Under the pieces are notes generated by a model. That model searched no databases. It was not told the origin of the DNA and saw only the letters and a list, made by a program, of their open reading frames with translations. A stretch of DNA of 63,329 nt, the filler included, from Welwitschia mirabilis (Eukaryota), in assembly GCA_051453625.1 (NCBI GenBank). It is 8 parts of one record of this genome, joined end to end, with 100 filler letters (N's around TTAATTAATTAA, not from the genome) between each part and the next. Parts side by side here need not be neighbours in the genome. Positions count along the whole stretch, not along the records: positions 46,696 to 58,323 come from JBOZIK010000001.1; positions 58,424 to 60,907 come from JBOZIK010000001.1; 6 more parts are not named here. One strand, given 5' to 3'. Positions 48,359-61,007 of the stretch are shown here, in pieces (the first letter of the stretch is position 1; each line of letters begins with the position of its first letter). The position numbers and the translations under genes were made by a program.

Positions 48359-51300
48359 CCCCTAAGATGGTCTCCAACTTCTATCCGATTGCCTATTGTA
48401 ATGTTATCTATAAAGCTATTGTGATGATCATTGCGAATAGGCTGAAAGAAGTTTTAGATGACATTGTAGCTGATAATCAAGGGGCTTTTATCCCTTATAG
48501 ACAACATCCTGCTCACGCAAGAACTTATTCAACACTGTCTGAGAAAAAGGATCAGCCCAAGGTGTGCTCTTAAGATAGATCTTAAGAAAGCTTATAACTC
48601 AGTCTCCTGATCTTTTCTTATAAATCTGATGAAAGCTTTAGGTTTTTTTTTTTTTAAATTGATCAGTTGGATAAAAGCATGTGTTACCACCCCTTATTTT
48701 TAAATCCTCATCAATGGGGGTATGATGGGGTATTTCTAGGGAAAAATAGGACTCAGTAAGGCGATTTGCTCTCCCCCTACCTCTTTTTCATTATTATGGA
48801 ATACCTGTCTAAAGGAATTAAGAAGTTGGCACTGCATCATAAGTTTCATTTCCATTTTAAATGTAAAAGGCTTTACATTGCTTATCAATGTCATGCTGAT
48901 GATCTTTTTATGTTCTACAAAGTAGAGGAATGCTCCATCTGCTTGATGAAATTAGTTCTAAACCAATTTTAAGGAGNNNNNNNNNNNNNNNNNNNNNNNN
49001 NNNNNNNNNNNNNNNNNNNNNNNNNNNNNNNNNNNNNNNNNNNNNNNNNNNNNNNNNNNNNNNNNNNNNNNNNNNNAGCCCAAGGTGTGCTCTTAAGATA
49101 GATCTTAAGAAAGCTTACAACTCGGTCTCCTGATCTTTTCTTATAAATCTGATGAAAGCTTTAGTTTTTTCTTTTAAATTGATCAGTTGGATAAAAGCAT
49201 GTGTTACCACCCCTTATTTTTTAATCCTCATCAATGGGGGTATGATGGGGTATTTCTAGGGAAAAAGAGGAATCAGTAAGGTGATTTGCTTTCCCCCTAC
49301 CTCTTTTTCATTATTATGGAATACCTGTCCAGAGGAATTAAGAAGCTGGCACTGCATCATAAGTTTCATTTCCATTTTAAATGTAAAAGGCTTCACATTA
49401 CTTATCAATGTCATGCTGATGATCTTTTTATGTTCTGTAAAGTAGAGGAATGCTCCATCTGCTTGATGAAATTAGTTCTAGACCATTTTAAGGAGGTATC
49501 AGGTTTTAAGACTAATCTTTCTAAGAGTTAAGCGTTTTTTGGTGGAATTTCTTATGGGCAAAAGAAAAGATTATTACATTTATTAGGTTTTCAAAATGGA
49601 GTCCTTCTGGTTACATACCTAGGAGTACCTCTTAACTCAAAAAAAATATCCATAATAGATTGCCTTCTACTTATCCTCAAGGTAACGAGGAAATTTAGAT
49701 CCTGGACCATAAGATTCTTATCCTATGCAAGTAGATGTATGTTGACTAAAGTTGTGCTTCAATCTTTATCCTCTTTTTGGTGCAAGGCCTTCATCCTTCC
49801 AAACAAAGTTCTACATGAAATAAATTCCCTTTGCAGAAGATTTGTGTGAGCAGGCAAGTTAGAGCAGTCGAAAAAAGCCCCTACAGCCTGGCAAAGGTTG
49901 GTAAAATCGAAGAAAGCAAAGGGTTTAGATTTAACTAACTCCATTTTGATGAATAAAACTTTGGTGTGATCTCAATTCTGGGATTTAGTGCTTAGAAAGA
50001 ACACCCTTTAGGTAAAATGATGCAATAAATACTATTTCAAAGAAGTATACATTTAGCAATATGAGATAAAGCATAATACTTCTTGAATCTTAAAAAAAAT
50101 TTGAATCTCAGACCCCTCTTAAGGGGATGTGTTCTGATCACCACTTAATGGATTGGAAGCCTCAAGAAAACCTTTCTCCACAACCTTAATCTATCACCAT
50201 TTAAGTAGTCAAGTCCTAAAGGTAGATTGGTATGACTTAATTTGGAACTGCTTTACACTCTCAAAATATTCCTTCATTTCGTGGCTAGCTTNNNNNNNNN
50301 NNNNNNNNNNNNNNNNNNNNNNNNNNNNNNNNNNNNNNNNNNNNNNNNNNNNNNNNNNNNNNNNNNNNNNNNNNNNNNNNNNNNNNNNNNNAATAAAACT
50401 TTGGTATGATCTCAGTTCTAAGATTTAGCGCTTAGAAAGAACACCCTTTGGGTAAAATGATGCAATGAATACTATTTCAAAGAAGTAAACATTTAGCAAT
50501 ATGAGATAAAATACAATACTTCTTGAATCTTAAAAAAAATTTTGAATCTCAGACCGCTCTTAAGGGAATGTATTCTGATCACCACTGAATGGATTGGAAA
50601 GCCTAAGGAAAACCTTTCTCCACAACCTTAATTGATCATCATTTAAGTAGTTAAGTCCTAAAGGTAGATTAGTATGACTTAATTTGGAACCGCTTTACAC
50701 TCCCAAAATATTCCTTCATTTCATGGCTGGCTTGCAATAACATGTTGTATACTAAAGATAGAATCCTTAAGATAGGGATTCAAACTAAACCACTTTGTGC
50801 TCTGTGTGACATGAAGAAGAATCCAGAAATCACCTTTTTTTTGAGTGCCCCCTTGTGCTCTCCTTCTTAGGAAAGTTTTGAATCTTAGTAATACTTACCC
50901 CCCAATAGTCTCCTGGAAGGATGTGTAGGTTTGGTTAAAGTAGATATTCAGNNNNNNNNNNNNNNNNNNNNNNNNNNNNNNNNNNNNNNNNNNNNNNNNN
51001 NNNNNNNNNNNNNNNNNNNNNNNNNNNNNNNNNNNNNNNNNNNNNNNNNNNAGGAAAGTTTTTAATCTTAGTAGTACTTACCCCCCAGTAGTCTCCTGGA
51101 AGGATGTGAAGGTTTGGTTAAAGTAGATATTTAGATCAAAAGATTCACAGCCTAGTATCACTAAATTTCTCATCACTTCTTGTATTTATCATGTGTGGCA
51201 AGCAAGAAATGAAAAAAAATTTTCAAGAGAAAATATTTTCAAATCAGGCAAATCATTAAAGAAATCAAATTCCATCTCTCCATTAAACTGATGTTGATTC

Positions 51301-51910
51301 AAAAGCTTAAAGACTCCCAAAAAAATCGGGTGTGGTGTCAGAAAGGGGTATTACTCCTCTTTTGATGGGGTGATCTCCATATCAAAAACTTCAAGATGTC
51401 CTTTTATAATTTAGTTTTAAAGGTCTCTTGGACTAAATAAGGATCCAGTATCCTTTACTGATAAGAAGAATCTATTTGTTTCTTCCTCTTTTCTGAATAC
51501 TTAGCCAGCTCTCGTATCCTTAGCTCCCAAAATCATGCTAGATAATCTGTCTCTTTCTAGGTGGTTTCTCCTCTGTTGAAGTAGCTGAAAAACATTGGGT
51601 CCCTATGCCTAGCATATTCCAAGCCTCAGTAAGTTCTATTGGTATGTAGACCTTGATACGGTCCAGTGGCATTTGGATGAATTATTTTAAATGAAATTTC
51701 AGGGTATATCTGTAGCAGTTGACTGAGATCATGCTCTAGTCTTTAGTTTAAATTTGTTGATTTTGTATGTTGTGCCTAGCTACTTTCTTTCTTTCAGGCT
51801 CTCCATCCTTTCTTGTGCTTTTTTCTGACTATATTTTGTTTGTGCTGTAACTTAAACGTGCCAGTAATGATTTATTTTTTTTTTTTGCAATTTCAAAAAG
51901 AAAAAAAAAA
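48359..51910 (+). mobile_element. L1-clade LINE: ORF2 RT and zf-RVT region, 3' UTR and poly(A); decayed, 5' end lost in a gap
   Basis: PIAYCNVIYKAI..IIANRLK; NQGAFIP; LKIDLKKAYNSV; GDLLSPYLF; HADDLFMF; YLGVPL; KYSFISWLA; ESRNHLFFEC; A-tail at 51895-51910. Confidence 0.93.
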
Positions 51911-52769
51911 GTTCACTCATGTATTTGAGATAAGTATAACCAAGAAGTAAATGATATTCTTAGGGTTTCAAATAAAATTTCATTTTTTTGCCTTTTTGCT
52001 TTTTTATGTTTTTATTCTTTCTTATTGCATTGAATATAATATTTAATTTCTTTTAATAGTTAATCTTAGGATTAGGTTTTGATCATTGTGTTTTAGTGAC
52101 TACATGAACAAAGAAATAGTGTAGAGGTTTAGAAGATGCACATCTAGGTTTATATGTTTGAGATCTATTATTGCTATGAAGATATTATAGCATATCTAGA
52201 AAAACTTGCAAAATTTGTACCATATCTATGAGAACTTAGTGTAGACTTAGAGAAATTGTGGCTTACCTAAAACTATTGTTGATTCTTTTTTTTCTTGTGG
52301 TTTACTAGAAGCCATTGATGCCAATATGGCTATAGTTAAAAACTTTGATTAAAGGCATAATGGTTTGTGGAAATTAAAAATTACAAATGTTATACATGAA
52401 GAACGACAGTAAATTATTCTTTTTAGAAAACCTTAAACTATCTAATGAGGAATGGTTGATCAAAGGGCATTTGGCTTAGCTCAAAGGTGCATTGCTAATT
52501 CCATCTTGAATAACTACTAAAAAAAAAAATATTTAATAATTGTAGGACTAGAAATGCATACAACAAGGTCTAAAATGCTTCATTAGACAAATATGCAAAA
52601 ATTTGGAAGTAATAGATTTTAAGGTTTACAAAATGCTTCATCAAATAGATATGTAAAAATTTGGGAGCAACAAGTTTTGAGGTTCTAGGTGATGAAAGCT
52701 TATTAAGTTTATTGGATGCTTTGCCAAAAAATCTAAGTTTATGTGGTGACGATGAGTAGTACCAATACC

Positions 52770-52970
52770 TTTACAATCATGGATTATGCTGAAGTTATTG
52801 GTCTTGTTGCTTTGGAGGATGATCCTCTTTGGTTGTTATAGTTAGGAAAACATTTTTATGCTAACGTAGAAGTTCCTAAAACCTAGATGCGTTGAACCTC
52901 ATAAAAGTGTTGAAAGGCCCTTCTTCTAAGGTTACAAACAACCAGTTGGCAAAGACCTTAAAGTTTGTTG
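52770..52970 (+). mobile_element. Possible decayed retrotransposon extra-ORF fragment
   Basis: Reads LGKHFYANVE, resembling the FYAN/FYSN motif seen at ~5260; little other support. Confidence 0.25.
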
Positions 52971-53969
52971 TGATTGTAACATAGCTATTTGTTACCATTC
53001 CGAACCTATTTTGATCAATTTGGGCAAGGATGCTTTGGTCTTATTGATGGTTGTTTACATGTTGAGATCAACTCAAGGACGCTTTGACCTTGTGGATCGT
53101 TGTTTACATGTTGAGATTAAATTCATATTTCAATTACTTTGCATAGATGAAGAAGTTAGACTTTTATTGAGTGGGAGATTGTTAGTGTTTCAAGTTAAAA
53201 TTTTTATTGGAGCTATTTTGTAATGTTATAATGCTATAAAGAAAGATTAGCCTTTAGTACTCCATTTACATATTGTAATTAAAGGTAAGACCTAAAAATA
53301 AACAAGGGAGAAAACCATGTAATTAAATGAAGGATGAGAATCAGGGTTTCAAGCTAGGCTTGGTTAGAACCTTCATGCTATTTAAAGCACTTGGATCCTT
53401 TCACATTGTATAGTAGCAAAGTCAATTACATAACTGATACTTGAGCTTTTTCTTGTGTATTTTCTTATTTTCTTTTTTTTTTCTTCTTTTTCATGTTTCA
53501 CTTTTTTCTCCTTTTTGTTGCCACTATGCTTAAATAACTTTTCACAACAAATATTATTATTATAAATTAACTTTTTTTTTGACCAAATACCAAACCCAAA
53601 CCCTTAAAACAATGAAATCCTGTAAGGTTAGCCACCTATGATGTTTGGCCATGTATTAAATATCTTAAAAATTATTTATTTATACCTCATCCCTATTCTA
53701 ACTTTGATGTTTTGATAAAGCAGAATTTCCATTAAAAACTTAGTAAATTGATACTAAATATCAAAAAAAAAGAAAAAAAACCAACATGCTATAAAGCGTA
53801 GAAAGCTTCCAAAACTAAGAGGCTTTCCTGTCTTCTCTGTTGATGTCTCCAATTGTTTACTGTCATATTTATGCCACTTGACCGATGAAAAGTCAGCACT
53901 TCGTAAGAGAAAAATAAAATAAACGAACACCTAACAGATACTGTAGAAGTGTAAAGTTTCTGTAATTAC

Positions 53970-55084
53970 CTGGCCGTTGGGAAGCCATCCCTTGTGAACG
54001 AGTCCAAAGCCTCCCTCCCCCAGCAAATTTTCCTCAGAGAAATCTCCAGTGGCAATGGTCAACTCTGTGAATGAAAAAATTTGGGCTGAGGCTTCTTCTG
54101 CTATTACAACAGAAGGGTTTGTTGTACCTGATAAAAACAACGCCCAGGAAATGTTTAGGATAACTTTGCAGTGACTGAAAAATGAAATTCTTCATTTATC
54201 TGCTGCAAATCAGCATCCTGAATAGCGTGAGGGACCTCTGTCAGACTGATTTCACAAGCGGGATGAAGGAAAAACACGGTATTGTCTAATGTAACCCACA
54301 TTTTGGAATACTTGTGCACTGACACAGGCTGAAGAGGATTTGAAGATGTTGCTTGGCTGTTGGATCACAATCCCAAGGCCATGATTGCCGTTGGATTTGT
54401 GAAACGTTCATAATGCTTTCTGCATCTTCGCAGGTAACGACTGTGTCATGCTTTTACTAAACACAACATTCTCAGCTTAAAACAAAATACTCACTCCACT
54501 GCCTCATTTGACATGTCGGTTACCATGGTCTATCATAGATGTTACGTTACACATGAGACTGTTATTAGGCTAATTAATATCCTACCTTAATGCTAATAAA
54601 TTAATATGATATTGTATAAGTTATTAGAATCATTATAAATCATCAATTATTAGTTGTCATCGAGGTTCTTGTAGCTTATATTCGTAACGAAACTAAGGGA
54701 GAATACTTTCAGATTAGCAAGAGTACTAGATTTTCAGTAACGGATGTTAAAAAGGCATCTTAATTATACACAGTGTTTTGGATCTCATGTCCAGTTGCAG
54801 CAGAGATTTGGTGCTGAAATGCACTAGTGGTTTAAACCAACCAGAATTCACATCGCGTCTTCAAATCCATCATCACAGCTTAAAAATTCTAACCGAAAAA
54901 ACAGAAAGCTCCAACATGAAAATTACAGAGATCAAAAGGCGAATAAGAACATACGCGAAGAGGAACCGACGCCAGTGGATGCTCGAGATCTATAAGAAGC
55001 GGCAACAGGAATAAGATGTTGAGCCTGAGCTCCAGTTGCAGAACGAGCCCCCTTCTGAGAAACGAAACAAGGAAAGCAGCCCAT
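53970..55084 (-). CDS. PBS1/PBL-like receptor-like cytoplasmic kinase (RLCK-VII): exon 1 (55084-54955) and exon 2 (54127-53970); remaining exons not visible
   Basis: MGCFPCF N-terminus (myristoylation/S-acylation-type motif); phase-1 GT-AG junction is in frame; [41 protein letters not shown] (kinase subdomain I); no stops. Confidence 0.85.
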
Positions 55085-57099
55085 TTCTCTTAAAAGAACA
55101 ATTGAAGTCCAAGTCCACGAAATTTACAGGAACAGCCACGATTCAAGCTGGAAAAATGCCGAAACGGAATCAAATTCAAGGATCTAAAACAGCAGATCTT
55201 TCAGGGAACCGACCAAGAACCTCAAATCGATATAAGAAGAAAAGATAATACTCGAGTTCCAATAACGATATTTTTTTGAGCTGGAAATTTGCATTTCTGA
55301 TTGGAATCTGCGTTTCTTTTGTTGAATAAGGAAATGGCATGTGTTTGGCTTGCTCCAATTGCAATCTCCACTTTTGATCCACAGCTGACTTTGAAAGAAC
55401 GAGAATTCGACGATCAATTTTAAAATGCTATGAAATTTTTCATTAGGAGAGCTAGCAAAAAGTTTACATTTTTCCTTTCTTGGAAAATTGGCAAATATTT
55501 AGATTCAATTCTGAGGTTGGTCTTTGCTCTTAAACATGTGTAAAACGAATTTTTTAAACTTTGTTAAGTATGACACAGTTTAGATTTGTTTATTTTTAAA
55601 AAAAATTAAAATGATTTTTTTTATTTTTTATTGTAAAGGTTAAAATGATATGAAATTAGAAACATTAGTTGTTTCTAAAAAATGTTCACACAAAATGTTT
55701 TAACTTAGAGACTTTAGAGGCTATTACTTTCTCCAAAGTTATAGATAAGTAAAATATACAAAGTTAAATTTATAATCTCCTAAATAGAAGATAAGTCTTC
55801 CACCAATGGAACTGCCAAGTATAATACTTATATTAGAAGTATCATACTTATATTAGAAATATAATACTTTAAAATCTAAATATAGTTTTGTAATCCTTAT
55901 CCATCTTGTTATAGGAAGAATCCCATAATGTTGTAATGTTATATCTTCTATACTACAATAGTAGCCAGGGAATGTTTGCAGTGGGCAAAAGATATTAATA
56001 AAAAATGTTCTTTCTATCAAGTTGGATTATGCTAAGATTTACAATCTAATTAAGTTGGATTTCATTCTTCAAGTTCTACCTAAGTATGTCTTTGGTCCTG
56101 GTCCTAAATTACTTTATATGGTTAGCTATTTATCTGTGATGCTAATGCTCGAATGGCTATAAATTTTAGTGCTAGTTCTTCTTTACTATTCATTATGAGT
56201 GAGGAAAGATTATCCTTTAGTGCCTTATCTATTATTTACCCTAGAAAATTTTCTTTTTGATTAGGTTCAATAGAATATTTAGAGTAATGCTACGAATTGT
56301 ATTATTCTCTTTGATCTTAATAATCAGATCCTCAGTACATATTTTTCCTAACTATTCCTTCTTTTTGGTTAATAATGATTCTATTAATACTAATCAACTT
56401 TTTTACTAAACTAACAATAATTTCTATCTTTTAATGTCTTTTATTAATTGGTTAAAATCATCTGTCTATAATTTCACATGAAATTATTAAAATTTATCAG
56501 ATAAGAGTTGAAAATTATTGTAAGATTAAGACATTCTTAAGATTTTAGCTATTTCTTTTAGTTTCCAAGTTTTTACTTCTTTCCTTTGGGATTAGACTCT
56601 TCTTGAGTTTAGAAAAATATTAAAAATGGAAAACAAGATCTCTTATCCTAGTAGATGAAATCCTAGTTTACAAGACTATTCTAGTTTCTTCTCATGCTTA
56701 TTATTCCCCTTGTTAGGCACTATCCTAGATTATGTACAAGACATTAAAGTTTTTATTTAGGAATACAATACAATCGTCTAAAAATTCTCAAAAACTATTT
56801 CATCGTGAAGCATGGATATAACTACTTCACTTAAAACTTGAGGTAGTTTAGGTTGTATGAATTTTTTAATCATGGTCTTACGTTGATGAATTAGTAGATC
56901 TTCTAGAATCTAGATTCTTAAAATATTGCCAGGAAATTATTATAACTCCATCTGTATATATTAGAACATCAATGATGACTTAACAAATGATTAGCTGGAT
57001 AAAAGTCAAGGAGTAATGGTAACCATAAACATGTGACAGAAAAAATTAGTAGGTTTTACACTTAGAAGGCAAAAACGCTGGTATAGCTCTGTTTGTTTA

Positions 57100-58323
57100 C
57101 ACCTTAAATCCCCTATACCATAGCATTGCAAATGCCGGGAGATTATGCTTTTAGGCAAATCAATGACACATATTGAATTCAAATTACAAAGCATATATTT
57201 CCATGGATATAATATCCACTTTAGGCCTTTAAAATTGAAGCATGTCCAATCTAGCATACTTATATGCAAAGTTGCAATTCAAATTAAGAGAAAGTTTTCT
57301 TTTCCCTTTCTCTTTCCCTTAAGCTTTAACCATAGTACTTGATAGGTAAAATTCTAAAATATTAAGTAACATGACATGAATGCAACTCTTGTTTAGAGAG
57401 GAATTACCCCAAAATTTAACATGCTTGCAAGAATCNNNNNNNNNNNNNNNNNNNNNNNNNNNNNNNNNNNNNNNNNNNNNNNNNNNNNNNNNNNNNNNNN
57501 NNNNNNNNNNNNNNNNNNNNNNNNNNNNNNNNNNNNNNNNNNNNNNNNNNNNNNNNNNNNNNNNNNNNNNNNNNNNNNNNNNNNNNNNNNNNNNNNNNNN
57601 NNNNNNNNNNNNNNNNNNNNNNNNNNNNNNNNNNNNNNNNNNNNNNNNNNNNNNNNNNNNNNNNNNNNNNNNNNNNNNNNNNNNNNNNNNNNNNNNNNNN
57701 NNNNNNNNNNNNNNNNNNNNNNNNNNNNNNNNNNNNNNNNNNNNNNNNNNNNNNNNNNNNNNNNNNNNNNNNNNNNNNNNNNNNNNNNNNNNNNNNNNNN
57801 NNNNNNNNNNNNNNNNNNNNCCAATAGCAAGTAAATCTAGCATTCCACATGGCATTGATATTTAAGGAAAGCTTCAAGAAAAACTCTATTTCCTCTCCCT
57901 TTTTGTCTAGCAAAGATTCTTTAAAAAGGGTTCATAAAAGCTTAATGGAAACTCTTTTATGGTATTTTTTTGGCTGAAAAGTTAATGTATTAGTCTAATG
58001 TCATTTTTCATGCTTACAAATGCAGCCTTACAACAATGGTCATGGGCCAATGCATTCATGCCAATTCATCCCCCCTTGGCATCTACATGCATCACCTTGG
58101 TTAATGCCTTCTTTAATGTTTTTAGAGGTATTTCTTTCCTTTCCTTAAAGAAATCCATTTATAGCATCCGCATTTCTTTATTTTGTAGTTGTCAACAAAT
58201 GACCTTCCCTTACAAAAAGAGTGAAAACTATTAGTTGTAACACCTGTGAGTCTAAACTGCTTCAAAACTACTTGCTTCAAGAGAGCTAGAATTTCATCAT
58301 TATCTACATCCGTTATGTAGACA
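57100..58323 (-). mobile_element. Possible Sirevirus 3' (multi-PPT) region
   Basis: Minus strand reads GACAAAAAGGGAGAGG near 57900, with further purine tracts near 57300 and 57405. Confidence 0.35.
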
Positions 58324-59231
58324 NNNNNNNNNNNNNNNNNNNNNNNNNNNNNNNNNNNNNNNNNNNNTTAATTAATTAANNNNNNNNNNNNNNNNNNNNN
58401 NNNNNNNNNNNNNNNNNNNNNNNAAGGGTTGAGTGATCCTTTAAGTCTAAAAAAATAAAGTTATATATGTAACATATTTGGATTTAGCAAAATGATATAA
58501 CTATTATATTCTATTTTTAAATAAACCATAATATTTTGAAGCCACATTAATTGACTACATATTTTGTAATTAATGTAACATGTTCTAATCCTATTGAATT
58601 TGCATTACAAAATACTCTTGGTTCTTCATCCATTATTTACAGTTCAAGTCTTAGTTTCTTAGATTTAATAATATATTTTATTGAAATACATTTCCAAGAA
58701 TTGAGTTCATAACTATAAAGCATTATGAGAGCTATTCTATCATTGGGGTATAACACTAGTCATTTCTATCTATTTCATTATGTTAAATGTTAAATTTAGT
58801 GATTCTACATTAGATGTCATATGTAGAATGAGTGTGATTCTATTCATTGCAGAGTTTATATATCTAAGGTCTTACATTGATCAAATAGATTAACTGCCTA
58901 GTTAACTATTGACACAGTTACAGGTTGCATGGCTCTAAGTATTAAGGTTTCGATGTTATTTCAAAATTCATTAGACTAATTTTTATCTTATAGTTTTTAA
59001 ATTTCACTTTTTTACTAGTTTTAGGAAGTATTTCTCTTAGTGCATAATTAAAATTTCTTTTTTATTCATGTTTGAAATCCTAGAAAGTTTTTTAATAATT
59101 ATAAATCTAACATTTATTCTTCATTTTTCACATTAAAAACTTTTACTTGAAAAGACAAACATTTTGTAGTAGATTTGGTTTATGCAATCATAAATTGAGA
59201 GTCAGCACTTATATCTATCTCTAAGATCATA

Positions 59232-60150
59232 TGTATAAGGATCACAAAAACTTAGAGGGGAGGTATGAATGGGTTTGAAATAAAAAAAAACTATAATTAA
59301 AAATTTAGAAACTAGCAGAAGTAAGTACATGCATTAGAAAAAAGGATCTATTACTATTTTAACATGATTTCCCCATGTTGGTACCCATGCTTAAAGGATT
59401 AAAACTAGTACACCTTTAGATTATTTTTTGTTATTACAATTTAGTGGTTATGGCTTACCACTAATCTCAAAATACTTAATATAACAAAATTTCTCCTTAT
59501 ATTAACTCCTCTTACATAGTGAACATCCATGCTTCATCAACCTTATCATCTTTGAGAATTTTAGGCTTTCTCTAAGATACGTACTCTACATACTCATAAA
59601 ACTCTCCTAGTAATTTCCTTACTTTGATATCCCTCTAGGTATTTCCAATGATTTCATGAAAAGATTATTATTTGTGGTTATTTTGGCTATAGTTATCTCT
59701 TCTATGAAATGAAAGATAAGTGTAGAATCATATTAGGAATCTAAGATGATGCACAAGCATGAATCAATTTTACCAATAAGCTTCTAGAACTTCTATTGTA
59801 TACAAGATCCCTTTTTTTTTAATAGGGATAATGATAACAAGAAAAACAATAAACATAAACACAATATAGTATTACAAATGGAGTTAAGAACTAAAGAAAA
59901 TCAAAGTAATACACAAATTTTAAATTTTGAAAATTTAGCACTTAAAAGTTAGCTTTAATGTTTTAATAGGAAAAATATACTCATTTAATGATATCATGGA
60001 AGATCCCTTAAGTCCTAACTTACCAAGTTCATTGTGCCTTAAATCATGATGACATAATCAAATTCACCACATGACTAATGATGAGATCCTCTTATCACTT
60101 AGATTTATCTTAATCTGTCTATAAATATTAAATAGGAAGCAAAATTAAAA
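59232..60150 (-). repeat. Possible Sirevirus LTR remnant (second family)
   Basis: TTAGAGGGGAGGTATGAATGG ~20 nt from a TGTA end, the reverse of the C-rich Sirevirus LTR 3' motif; far boundary is approximate. Confidence 0.35.
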
Positions 60151-60200
60151 ATTCATTAAATAAAGCTAAACTAGAAAATGAGAATGTAAATAAAGAGGAT

Positions 60201-60323
60201 TGTTGTGGTGTGAATTTATGCAATGTTTCACACATTGATTTAAATCATATTAATTACAAATAAGATGCACAAATATAGCACACTAGTATAGATGGAGTAA
60301 TCCGAATGTCGTAATTCCATCGA
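60201..60323 (-). repeat. 3' end of an Athila-type LTR related to family A
   Basis: TGTTGTGGTGTGAATTTATGCAAT...CTAGTATAGATG matches 17131-17245; no adjacent PBS. Confidence 0.7.
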
Positions 60324-61007
60324 ANNNNNNNNNNNNNNNNNNNNNNNNNNNNNNNNNNNNNNNNNNNNNNNNNNNNNNNNNNNNNNNNNNNNNNNNNNNN
60401 NNNNNNNNNNNNNNNNNNNNNNNNNNNNNNNNNNNNNNNNNNNNNNNNNNNNNNNNNNNNNNNNNNNNNNNNNNNNNNNNNNNNNNNNNNNNNNNNNNNN
60501 NNNNNNNNNNNNNNNNNNNNNNNNNNNNNNNNNNNNNNNNNNNNNNNNNNNNNNNNNNNNNNNNNNNNNNNNNNNNNNNNNNNNNNNNNNNNNNNNNNNN
60601 NNNNNNNNNNNNNNNNNNNNNNNNNNNNNNNNNNNNNNNNNNNNNNNNNNNNNNNNNNNNNCACATAACATTTGGAGAAAAATTCCCCCACTAATTGATA
60701 TCATCACCCCATCTTTATAGCATAGTTATTGCTTTGTATGGAGTTGAATTCATCTTTGGAGATGTGTTTCAACAAGTGATTAAAACCTTGAAATCCTTAC
60801 AAATAAAAATGTAAATTAAAATATGACCAAAAAGAAACAAAAGGCATATTTTTATAATAAAACTATTAAATTAATATCTTTACCTTTGCTAAATTGGCCT
60901 GATATACNNNNNNNNNNNNNNNNNNNNNNNNNNNNNNNNNNNNNNNNNNNNTTAATTAATTAANNNNNNNNNNNNNNNNNNNNNNNNNNNNNNNNNNNNN
61001 NNNNNNN

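Noticed and set aside
39638..48424. Long ORFs of 230-420 aa in the ORF track
   Set aside because: They consist almost entirely of X from N gaps.
48553..51135. Tandem duplications inside the LINE, and similar ones at 1937/2106, 2303/2472, 23955/24284, 26001/26321 and 41124/41366
   Set aside because: Each pair flanks a ~100-N gap, the pattern of unmerged overlapping or allelic contig ends. The 26001/26321 pair is more diverged and could be paralogous.
54778..55417. Overlapping short ORFs around the kinase 5' end
   Set aside because: They are antisense or UTR shadows of the PBL-like exon 1 region.
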